A stretch of 51,811 nt of DNA from Escherichia phage SECphi27. The notes under the pieces were generated by a model, which had not been told where the DNA came from, did no database searches, and saw nothing but the letters and a program-made list of their open reading frames with translations. Position numbers and translations under genes: made by a program. Below are positions 36,739-45,612 of the stretch, piece by piece (position 1 is the first letter of the stretch; every line of letters starts with the position of its first letter). The stretch lies in the sequence record LT961732. One strand, written 5' to 3'.

Positions 36739-39700
36739 ATGGCTAAATATATGATAAGCGGCAGTAAGGGCGGAAGCAAAAAGCCATACGTGCCAAAAGA
36801 GATGGAAGATAACCTGATCTCGATAAACAAGATTAAAGTTTTGCTGGCTGTATCTGATGGCGAGTGCGATCCAGATTTCACGTTGCGCGATCTTTATCTT
36901 GATGATGTTCCGGTTATTGCCAGCGATGGCACTGTTAACTACGAGGGAGTTACGGCTGAATATCGACCGGGTACGCAGACGCAAGATTACATCCAGGGTT
37001 TTACTGACACATCAAGTGAGGTGACAGTTGCAAGAGATATTACCGGAGACAATCCTTATGTTATTTCTGTTACAAATAAAAATCTATCTGCGGTAAGAAT
37101 AAAGATCCTGATGCCAGTAGGCATTAAAACAGAGGATAACGGCGATCTTGTTGGCGTAAGGGTTGAGTATGCCGTAGATATGGCTATTGATGGCGGTTCT
37201 TATAGCGAGGTTATGAGAGATGTAATTGACGGCAAGACAAGATCAGGATACGACCGCAGCAGAAGGATTGATCTTCCTAAGTTTGATGAGCGCGTTTTAA
37301 TCCGAGTAAAGCGACTGACTCCAGACAGCACATCTTCAAAGGTGACTGATAAAATCAAGCTGCAAAGTTACGCTGAGGTTGTTGATGCAAAATTCCGCTA
37401 TCCTCTGACTGGCCTTGTATTCGTAGAATTTGACAGCGAATTGTTTCCTACGCAAATCCCTAACATTTCTATAAAAAAGAAATGGAAGATTATTAATGTG
37501 CCAAGCAACTATGATCCAATATCAAGAGAATATCACGGGTCATGGGATGGGACTTTTAAAAAAGCGTGGTCAAATAATCCCGCTTGGGTTCTTTATGATC
37601 TGGTGACAAATCAGCGTTATGGACTTGATCAGCGAGAGTTAGGAATACAGATCGACAAGTGGAGCTTATACGAGGCGGGCGTTTACTGTGATCAGAAAGT
37701 TCCAGACGGTAAGGGCGGTACTGAGCCTCGCTACCTATGCGATGTGGTGATTCAGAATCAAGTTGAGGCTTATCAGCTAATCCGTGACATTTGCTCAATC
37801 TTTCGCGGAATGAGTTTTTGGAATGGTGAGAGCTTATCAATCGTGATTGATAAGCCACGCGATCCATCATACGTGTTTACTAATGAAAACGTCATCAACG
37901 GTGATTTTCAGTACACAACCGCAAGCGAAAAAAGCATGTACACGCAGTGTAACGTGACGTTTGACGACGAACAAAACATGTATCAGCAGGACGTAGAGGG
38001 GGTTTTTGATACTGAGGCGGCATTACGATTTGGATACAATCCAACAAGCATTACAGCGATCGGGTGTACACGCAGGAGCGAAGCGAATCGTCGCGGTCGG
38101 TGGGTTTTGAAAACAAACCTTAGAAGCACTACTGTAAACTTTGCTACCGGACTAGAGGGGATGATTCCATCAATAGGTGATGTGATTGCTATCGCTGATA
38201 ATTTTCAGAGTAGCAACCTAACGTTAAACCTATCGGGCCGAGTAATGGAAGTTTCAGGATTGCAGGTTTTCGTTCCGTTTAAGGTTGATGCTCGCCCTGG
38301 TGATTTTATTATCATCAACAAGCCGGACGGCAAGCCAGTTAAGCGCACGATCTCAAAGGTTAGCGCAGACGGAAAAACAATTGAGTTAAATATCGGATTT
38401 GGTTTTGATGTTAAGCCTGATACTGTTTTTGCGATTGACCGTACTGACCTTGCGTTGCAGCAATACGTTGTGACAACTATCAGCAAGGGTGATGACGAAA
38501 ACGAGTTTACCTATTCAATCACGGCTGTGGAGTACGATCCGAACAAATACGACGAGATTGATTATGGCGTAAACATTGATGACAGGCCGACTTCAATTGT
38601 TCAGCCTGACGTGATGGCAGCGCCTGAGAACGTTAAGATCTCATCTTATTCTCGCGTCGTGCAGGGTGTTAGCGTTGAGACTATGGTTGTTTCATGGGAT
38701 AAGGTTCCTTACGCATCGCTTTATGAAATGCAGTGGCGAAAAGGTGATGGTAACTGGCTGAATACGCCGCAGACCGCTAACAAAGAGATAGAGGTAGAAG
38801 GGATTTACTCTGGCAACTACCAAGTAAGGGTGAGATCCGTTTCTGCAAGCGGTAACGCTTCCCCGTGGTCAAAGATTGCAACCGCCACTCTGACAGGTAA
38901 AGTTGGCGAGCCAGGAGCGCCGATTAATCTTACTGCTTCTGATAATGAAGTTTTTGGCATTCGTGTCAAATGGGGTATGCCGGAAGGATCAGGCGATACG
39001 GCTTACATTGAGCTTCACCAATCGCCAGACGGAACGGTTGAAAACTCAAGTCTGCTTACGCTGATTCCATATCCTCAATATGAGTATTGGCATAGCACGT
39101 TACCAGCGGGGCAAGTTGTATGGTATAGAATCCGCAGCGTTGACAGAATAGGCAACGTTTCCAGTTGGACTGACTTTGTTCGCGGTATGGCGTCAGATGA
39201 TGTTGAATCTGTTTTGGGCGACATTCTGGACAAGATTTTTGATACAGAAGCTGGTCAAGAAATCAAAGAGAACGCCATAGACAGCGCCAATAAAATCAAA
39301 GACCAGGCACAATCAATCATACAGAACGCGTTGGCAAATGATGCAGATGTGAAGTGGACGAGAGTGCAAAACGGAAAGCGCAAGGCTGAATATGGTCATG
39401 CTCTTGAGCTTATCGCCAATGAAACAGAAGCGCGCGTAACTCAAATCGAAGAGTTAAGGGCATCAATTGATGGCGAGATAACATCAAGCATCAAGACAGT
39501 GCAGGAGGCAATTGCCACTGAATCAGAGACGCGAGCGACTCAAATTCAGCAGCTTGATTCTAAATTCACAAAAGAAATCGACGGCGTGCGCAAGGATACT
39601 TCTGCAAGCATTAGCGATGTAAGGCAGACAATCACTAACGAGTCAGAAGCGCGCGCTCAGGCCGTTCAGCAGCTTGACGCTAAGTTCACGAAAGAGATAA

Positions 39701-40317
39701 ACGACCTTGACGGAGTTATCAAAACAGAAGTCGAGGCTAACATCTCAGAAGTGAAACAGGCGATCGCCAATGAGACAGAGGCAAGGGTTCAGGCTGACCA
39801 GGCATTAACAGCACGATTTGGCGACGTTGAATCTGCATTGGTTGAAAAGTTGGATTCTTGGGCGAGCGTTGATTCAGTTGGCGCTAAATACGCTATGAAA
39901 CTTGGCCTTACTTACAAAGGCCAGCAATACAGCGCAGGAATGGTGATGCAGCTTTCGCAGGGTTCATCCGGCCTTATCTCGCAAATTTTGTTTGATGCTA
40001 ACAGGTTCGCCATTATGACTAGCTCTACTGGAGGGACTTTTACTTTGCCTTTCGTGGTTGAGAATAATCAGGTTTTCATTAATAGTCTTTTGGTGAAGAA
40101 CGGTTCAATCACTAATGCGATGATTGGTAATGTGATTCAGTCAAACAACTTTGTTCAAAACCAGCAAGGATGGAGGCTTGATAAAAACGGAATCTTTGAG
40201 AATTACGGATCAACGCCAGGAGAAGGAGCTACTAAATTCACCAATGAGGGATTGAAGGTAAAAGATGCAAACGGAGTATTGAGGGTTGAAGTCGGAAGGA
40301 TTACCGGAAGCTGGTAA
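36739..40317 (+). CDS. host specificity protein / central tail fibre (lambda gpJ-like)
   Basis: About 1192 aa; fibronectin-III-like segments; repeated ETEARxxQxxQL heptad-like units near C-terminus. Confidence 0.8.
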   Translation: MAKYMISGSKGGSKKPYVPKEMEDNLISINKIKVLLAVSDGECDPDFTLRDLYLDDVPVIASDGTVNYEGVTAEYRPGTQTQDYIQGFTDTSSEVTVARDITGDNPYVISVTNKNLSAVRIKILMPVGIKTEDNGDLVGVRVEYAVDMAIDGGSYSEVMRDVIDGKTRSGYDRSRRIDLPKFDERVLIRVKRLTPDSTSSKVTDKIKLQSYAEVVDAKFRYPLTGLVFVEFDSELFPTQIPNISIKKKWKIINVPSNYDPISREYHGSWDGTFKKAWSNNPAWVLYDLVTNQRYGLDQRELGIQIDKWSLYEAGVYCDQKVPDGKGGTEPRYLCDVVIQNQVEAYQLIRDICSIFRGMSFWNGESLSIVIDKPRDPSYVFTNENVINGDFQYTTASEKSMYTQCNVTFDDEQNMYQQDVEGVFDTEAALRFGYNPTSITAIGCTRRSEANRRGRWVLKTNLRSTTVNFATGLEGMIPSIGDVIAIADNFQSSNLTLNLSGRVMEVSGLQVFVPFKVDARPGDFIIINKPDGKPVKRTISKVSADGKTIELNIGFGFDVKPDTVFAIDRTDLALQQYVVTTISKGDDENEFTYSITAVEYDPNKYDEIDYGVNIDDRPTSIVQPDVMAAPENVKISSYSRVVQGVSVETMVVSWDKVPYASLYEMQWRKGDGNWLNTPQTANKEIEVEGIYSGNYQVRVRSVSASGNASPWSKIATATLTGKVGEPGAPINLTASDNEVFGIRVKWGMPEGSGDTAYIELHQSPDGTVENSSLLTLIPYPQYEYWHSTLPAGQVVWYRIRSVDRIGNVSSWTDFVRGMASDDVESVLGDILDKIFDTEAGQEIKENAIDSANKIKDQAQSIIQNALANDADVKWTRVQNGKRKAEYGHALELIANETEARVTQIEELRASIDGEITSSIKTVQEAIATESETRATQIQQLDSKFTKEIDGVRKDTSASISDVRQTITNESEARAQAVQQLDAKFTKEINDLDGVIKTEVEANISEVKQAIANETEARVQADQALTARFGDVESALVEKLDSWASVDSVGAKYAMKLGLTYKGQQYSAGMVMQLSQGSSGLISQILFDANRFAIMTSSTGGTFTLPFVVENNQVFINSLLVKNGSITNAMIGNVIQSNNFVQNQQGWRLDKNGIFENYGSTPGEGATKFTNEGLKVKDANGVLRVEVGRITGSW

Positions 40318-40346
40318 AAAAGGGGGCATAGCCCCCTTTAATTTTA
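40314..40346. terminator. Bidirectional intrinsic terminator
   Basis: gggggc-ata-gccccc hairpin; T7 on minus strand and a T-rich run on plus strand. Confidence 0.7.
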
Positions 40347-40970
40347 ATCATAGTGTGATGCATTTATAACCAAAACAGATGAAGCGGTGTAAATACCAAC
40401 AGGTCCAGGAGTTTGTGCAACCTGCCTAGAAAAAGAGTAGATCCCGTTACCATACGCGGCAGCTTGAGACTCAAAAATCATGAATCCACCTAAAGCCGGA
40501 TTAGGAACAGAGTTTAATGCTGTCAGTGATGGCATTATGGCGCAAGGATAGCCCATGTTAACATCAAATGCGATCCCGCTTACGCCTACTTGCTTTGCAT
40601 CTAGCGGCCTCATTTTTCCATGATAAACCATTTCACCATGAGCATTATAAAACGCTATGCCGTGACTACCTGGGGGAGTCACCATATTACTAAAAGCATA
40701 AACAATAACCTCACCCTGATTATCAGATCTATCAAGTCTTATTGCGTGCCTTCCACCATTGTTAAATTGCGTGAATGATATGTATGATTTAGCGGTCAAT
40801 CTAACAAAGAAAAAACATACCCTATCAACAGGAATTGACGAAGTAAAAACGGTTCCGGTATTAGCAGATATTACGGCCCGATCAATTAGATTAACTGGAG
40901 TGAAATCTGGACTTAACCATAACGATCCGTCTGATTTTTTTATACTCATCCCGTACATTATCACCCCCAA
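40344..40970 (-). CDS. hypothetical protein (downstream half of homopolymer-split gene)
   Basis: 208-aa ORF beginning at TTG within a C5A5 run; contains GIAFYNAHGEMV repeat related to upstream ORF. Confidence 0.5.
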   Translation of the reverse strand: MGVIMYGMSIKKSDGSLWLSPDFTPVNLIDRAVISANTGTVFTSSIPVDRVCFFFVRLTAKSYISFTQFNNGGRHAIRLDRSDNQGEVIVYAFSNMVTPPGSHGIAFYNAHGEMVYHGKMRPLDAKQVGVSGIAFDVNMGYPCAIMPSLTALNSVPNPALGGFMIFESQAAAYGNGIYSFSRQVAQTPGPVGIYTASSVLVINASHYD

Positions 40971-41239
40971 AAAGTATATATATATCTTGAATCAGATCCA
41001 GAAAGCCCACTCCATGTAACGGTGTCGCCACTTACCCCTAAGTTTGGTGCGCCAGGGTCGCCACCACGCCAGGAATTCATGCCAACATATATTGCTTTCA
41101 ATGATTTACCTGGCGGCCTGTTTTGGTAAGTCTTGCTACCTGATGGCTGAGTGAATTTATCAAGGAAGAAAACAGGCGTTAAAAGTCCTGTAACTTCCCT
41201 TCCTCGATCGTCATATATTGCATAACCATATTGCGCCAT
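40961..41239 (-). CDS. hypothetical protein (upstream half of homopolymer-split gene)
   Basis: 92 aa; YGYAIYDDRGREV YD-like repeat; stop lies in homopolymer run overlapping the next ORF. Confidence 0.5.
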   Translation of the reverse strand: MAQYGYAIYDDRGREVTGLLTPVFFLDKFTQPSGSKTYQNRPPGKSLKAIYVGMNSWRGGDPGAPNLGVSGDTVTWSGLSGSDSRYIYTFWG

Positions 41240-41508
41240 TAATTACACCTCAAATCAATAAATTTACTTTCATTTTGCCAACGGTTGATAAATTTAACTT
41301 CTTTATTGTCAACGCTCAACCTGTATTGCTTTTGGCTGAATCTGTTTTCGCGGACTGCATTAATTTTGACTTCATGGAATCCGTTAACAGGGAATGTTTT
41401 AACGTTAAATTTTGCCGTGCAATCGATCTCCTTGAAGTTTCCAGTAGGCGACGCTGCGCACCCTGTCAGAGCGGCTACAGTGGCGATAACTGCGATTAAC
41501 TTTTTCAT
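41239..41508 (-). CDS. cor: small lipoprotein, Cor-like superinfection-exclusion candidate
   Basis: Signal peptide plus lipobox LTGC; about 89 aa; location beside tail fibre genes as in T1/phi80-type phages (inference). Confidence 0.5.
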   Translation of the reverse strand: MKKLIAVIATVAALTGCAASPTGNFKEIDCTAKFNVKTFPVNGFHEVKINAVRENRFSQKQYRLSVDNKEVKFINRWQNESKFIDLRCN

Positions 41509-41564
41509 CTTTATATCTCCTTAGTTGTTGTTGTTTTCAACTATACACGATCTTGGGCATCGCG

Positions 41565-41585
41565 TTTAGCAAAAAGTGCTATTTG
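41565..41585 (-). promoter_or_regulatory. Conserved intergenic motif (variant ...TTGCTAAACG), forward class
   Basis: Minus-strand read: tagcactttttgctaaacg, tatagt, RBS TAAGGAG, ATG 41508. Confidence 0.55.
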
Positions 41586-41589
41586 TTAT

Positions 41590-41850
41590 TTTTTGTTTTC
41601 CGGTGTTATCGAATTTAAGGCGGCGTAAATTTAGAGCAAATTTTATACAACATAAGATCAATAAACAATCAATAAAATAGATATATACATATAAAATCAA
41701 TAGTTTATTTATTTATGTATGTATATTTGTTTTTTCTTGTTATCTGCGTTTCTTGTGGTTTTGGTTGTTTGTGGTGATTTTTCTTTCTGAGTATCTGTAT
41801 GTGCCATCATTCATGTGTATGTATATAATCCGGCGTATCTGAGAGAACAG
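41590..41850. other. AT-rich noncoding element, paralogous to 11380-11640
   Basis: Shared blocks ttttccggtgt, ggcggcgt, tttatttatttat, T/G-rich gttt..gtggtt and gtatgtatata with the region at 11380-11640. Confidence 0.55.
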
Positions 41851-41951
41851 GGGAACAAGAAAAATAACACATATTAATCATTAACTTATGAGTCAAATCT
41901 GTTTTCTTGCCATCTGAGAACGTTTAGAAAACAGAAAAAACAAAACAGCTA

Positions 41952-41979
41952 TTGACTAAATCAACCAAATGGCTACAAT
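41952..41979 (+). promoter_or_regulatory. sigma70 promoter (TTGACT, 16 nt, TACAAT)
   Basis: ttgactaaatcaaccaaatggctacaat about 30 nt upstream of AAGGAG and ATG 42010. Confidence 0.6.
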
Positions 41980-42009
41980 GCACGCATAAAGCAACAAGGA
42001 GCATTAAAG

Positions 42010-43077
42010 ATGAGTGATTTTAACGCCTACACTAGCGAAGAAATGAGCAACGAGCTTTATCATGATCCTAACGCGTGGACGGCTGAATATGTCAGCGGTT
42101 CCAGCCTGGCGGAGATTTACAGCACTTGCCCGGCGTACTGGAAGTACAAGCCGCGCCAGGAAACTAAAGCACTTGTTTTCGGTACGCAGTCGCATACCAA
42201 CTTTGAAAGCAAGGAGCTATTCGAAAAAACATATCGCCGCGCACCGTCGCAGGATGATTTTAAAGATCTGATCACTAGCCAAACGGCGTTAGCATCAAAG
42301 CTGAAATCTTTTGGCCTGAAAGGTACGACGGGTAAACAATACCCTGAATTACTGGAAATGCTGTACAAGTGCGGCGAGGATCTCAATGTGTGGTGGCTTA
42401 TCGAAATGATGGCAGAATGCCAGGCCGCAGCGGACGGAGTGCAGTTAATAGACGCTAAAGATTATGATGCCTGTGTAGCGATGCGGCGCGTACTTGAGGC
42501 CATACCGGAGCATAACGCTTGCATGAACAGCCCAACCGCGCAGCGTGAAATGTCAATATTTGGGATCATCAACGGCGTAAAAGTAAAAGTGCGTCTTGAT
42601 CACGTTGACGTAAACAAGGATGTAAAGGCAACAATCATTAACGGTTACGACGAAAAAGGCAGGCCGATTTATGAAGAAGTCACCTATCCAGAAGCGGTGA
42701 TTATCACTGACTACAAAACAACGGTTAGCGCAAATCCGGTTGACTTCCAGCGCCTGGCTTACAATCACGGCTATTATCTTAAAATGGCTTTGCAACATGA
42801 CTTATTCAAAAAGGCGTATCCAGACGAGGAAAGGCCAGTAATTGTAAGATTGCTTGCGCAGGAGAAGAAAGAGCCTTACTTGCCGCTCGCATTCCGCATG
42901 AACATTGAGCAATTGAAGATTGGGCGCATCCAGTACATGAGCGTGATCAACAAGTTCAACGTTTGCCAGCAGTTAGATGAATGGCCTTCGTATGCAAACG
43001 GACAACCAGAAATTGATCTTGATACTCCTGATTGGGTTCGTGCTCAATTCAGGCAGTATCTGTGGCAAACTAAATAA
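42010..43077 (+). CDS. PD-(D/E)XK family exonuclease (RecB/RecE-like)
   Basis: 355 aa; RecB-family nuclease motif IITDYKTT; part of exonuclease/annealase/SSB module. Confidence 0.7.
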   Translation: MSDFNAYTSEEMSNELYHDPNAWTAEYVSGSSLAEIYSTCPAYWKYKPRQETKALVFGTQSHTNFESKELFEKTYRRAPSQDDFKDLITSQTALASKLKSFGLKGTTGKQYPELLEMLYKCGEDLNVWWLIEMMAECQAAADGVQLIDAKDYDACVAMRRVLEAIPEHNACMNSPTAQREMSIFGIINGVKVKVRLDHVDVNKDVKATIINGYDEKGRPIYEEVTYPEAVIITDYKTTVSANPVDFQRLAYNHGYYLKMALQHDLFKKAYPDEERPVIVRLLAQEKKEPYLPLAFRMNIEQLKIGRIQYMSVINKFNVCQQLDEWPSYANGQPEIDLDTPDWVRAQFRQYLWQTK

Positions 43078-43140
43078 ATAGCTAAACTTTTATAATGGTT
43101 GGTGATATAATTCACCAACCAGATAACGGGAGAATGATAA

Positions 43141-43398
43141 ATGACAGACAAAGACAATTACACATTATTGCATTTAGAACGATTCATTGATCGAGTAACC
43201 ATTGCAATGAAAGAATTTATTAAGCCGATGAACATTAAAGAGTCGGAAGAAATGAAGACTTATATCAAGGACGTGGTTGCATCCATTGACAACGTTATCC
43301 TTGTTGCAACGATGAGCAAGGGAAACAAAGAGCGCGAGAGGTTGGTTGCTGAATCAACAGAAGAATTTATTAAAATGCTTGAAAGCGAGAAGGAATAA
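43141..43398 (+). CDS. hypothetical protein
   Basis: 85-aa ORF. Confidence 0.5.
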   Translation: MTDKDNYTLLHLERFIDRVTIAMKEFIKPMNIKESEEMKTYIKDVVASIDNVILVATMSKGNKERERLVAESTEEFIKMLESEKE

Positions 43399-44055
<657 letters not shown>

Positions 44056-44060
44056 TAAAC

Positions 44061-44082
44061 GGGGCGCTTGCGCCCCTTTTGT
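44061..44082 (+). terminator. Intrinsic terminator-like hairpin
   Basis: ggggcg-cttg-cgcccc followed by T4. Confidence 0.5.
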
Positions 44083-44099
44083 CATAGGAGAAAACAAAA

Positions 44100-44552
44100 A
44101 TGCACGTTATTACCGGTGAGATCCGAAAAGAGCCAAAAGTAAAGCAAATGCCTAACGGCAGTACGCTATATGTTGTTGAGCTTTCCGAACGATATAAAGA
44201 TCGTGAAGGAAATTGGCAGTATACAAACTATGTGTTTTTCTTTAACGCGAAAACAGACGGCCTGAATGGTTGGTATGCTGAGGCATTCCAGGTAGGCAAG
44301 GTTATTTCTGTTTCCTGCGATACCTTGCGAGTTGAAACGCGAGAATACAACGGAAAGATTTACAGCACCGTGCAGCCTGGCGGATTTGCAAACTTGCTAT
44401 TTAGCCAGAGAGGTGAAAGCCAGCAACAATATCAGCAGCGAACGCAAGGAGGATGGGGGCAACCACAACAGCAACAGCAACAAAATACTCAACAGCAGCC
44501 GCAGCAAAGCAATCAGCCTCCGATTGACTTTGACGACGATATACCATTCTGA
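44100..44552 (+). CDS. ssb: single-stranded DNA-binding protein
   Basis: 150 aa; Gln/Gly-rich linker; acidic C-terminal tail DFDDDIPF. Confidence 0.85.
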   Translation: MHVITGEIRKEPKVKQMPNGSTLYVVELSERYKDREGNWQYTNYVFFFNAKTDGLNGWYAEAFQVGKVISVSCDTLRVETREYNGKIYSTVQPGGFANLLFSQRGESQQQYQQRTQGGWGQPQQQQQQNTQQQPQQSNQPPIDFDDDIPF

Positions 44553-44556
44553 TAAC

Positions 44557-44587
44557 AAAATGCCCCGCATATGCGGGGCATTTTTTA
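44557..44587. terminator. Bidirectional intrinsic terminator between convergent genes
   Basis: tgccccgc-atat-gcggggca flanked by A4 and T6. Confidence 0.8.
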
Positions 44588-44619
44588 GTCTAACGTGGTT
44601 GGTTTGTTTACCAGTGCCG

Positions 44620-45327
44620 CTACAACCGCTTTAGCTCGTCAATTTCTTTTCTCATCTCATCGTTTTCCGCTTTCAGTTTCTTAACGTGGTGAATCAGTGG
44701 AACAGTGAGGCGGTCATACATAACGCCTTCCGCCACCATGCCATTACTTGAAGCAATGGCAGGATCTTCTCCTTCTTGCAGCGGTCGCCAGTGAACGTAC
44801 TCCGGCGCAACCTCTCCAACTTCCTCTGCAATCAGTCCGTACCATCCCCAATCTTTACGGTCGCTTTCACAGGTTGACCGATACCACACAGGACGCATTT
44901 CAAGCATCAGATCCGCATATTCATCAATAACCGATTCTACGCTGCGCTTATAACGAGAAGAGGAAGTGGAGCGTAAAACTTGCGACACTCCAGCATTTGG
45001 ATCAAGCCATAAGTTTGCTGATTGAGCGGTTGTGTTGAGTCTAAACAAATAAAATGCATCGTTACCAGTCAGGGGGTAAAAATTGCCACCATACCTTCCG
45101 CTATCCAACTCGGACGATAGATCATTTTGTTTTAGATACAACTTCAACTTATTGTCAACATCAGTAGTTGATGCTTTTCCTGCAACATCCTGTTTTAGTG
45201 TCGAAACATCACTTTTCAGCTTCGTTATATCACCAGGAATAGTAGCAACATCCTGTTTTAGTGTTGAAACGTCATTTTTAAGATTCGTTATATCACCAGG
45301 AATATTAGTAACTGTAGCCATTTTCAT
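44620..45327 (-). CDS. short tail fibre/spike protein with C-terminal intramolecular chaperone-like domain
   Basis: 235 aa; N-terminal tandem repeat IPGDITxLKxDVSTLKQDVA x2; C-terminal segment resembling peptidase S74 chaperone domain. Confidence 0.55.
   Translation of the reverse strand: MKMATVTNIPGDITNLKNDVSTLKQDVATIPGDITKLKSDVSTLKQDVAGKASTTDVDNKLKLYLKQNDLSSELDSGRYGGNFYPLTGNDAFYLFRLNTTAQSANLWLDPNAGVSQVLRSTSSSRYKRSVESVIDEYADLMLEMRPVWYRSTCESDRKDWGWYGLIAEEVGEVAPEYVHWRPLQEGEDPAIASSNGMVAEGVMYDRLTVPLIHHVKKLKAENDEMRKEIDELKRL
45182..45307. repeat. Tandem direct repeat, 2 x 63 bp, inside short fibre gene
   Basis: Two about 90 percent identical 63-bp units encoding the duplicated N-terminal peptide. 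Confidence 0.8.
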
Positions 45328-45333
45328 AACTCC

Positions 45334-45612
45334 TTAAGCCCATTCTCTAATCGGCTGATCCAACTCAACAACATAATCATTAAAAATTACGGAATCAAAC
45401 TTATTATCAATGATTCGAACATTGACAAAATAACCGTCGTTCTTTTGTGCAATCTCATCGCCATCGTCAGATCGCGCAACTACTGTGTAAGTAGTACCGA
45501 TTACATCGAGCAGGATTGCATTCTGAATATTTTCGTTTTCTTTCCATTCGATTTTTTCAATAAAGGCGGAAAACTCCGCCTTGTCTACAAATTTCAGTGT
45601 TAAATCACGCAT
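45334..45612 (-). CDS. hypothetical protein
   Basis: ORF track 45334-45657; start moved to ATG overlapping stop of upstream fibre gene (TAATG). Confidence 0.5.
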   Translation of the reverse strand: MRDLTLKFVDKAEFSAFIEKIEWKENENIQNAILLDVIGTTYTVVARSDDGDEIAQKNDGYFVNVRIIDNKFDSVIFNDYVVELDQPIREWA

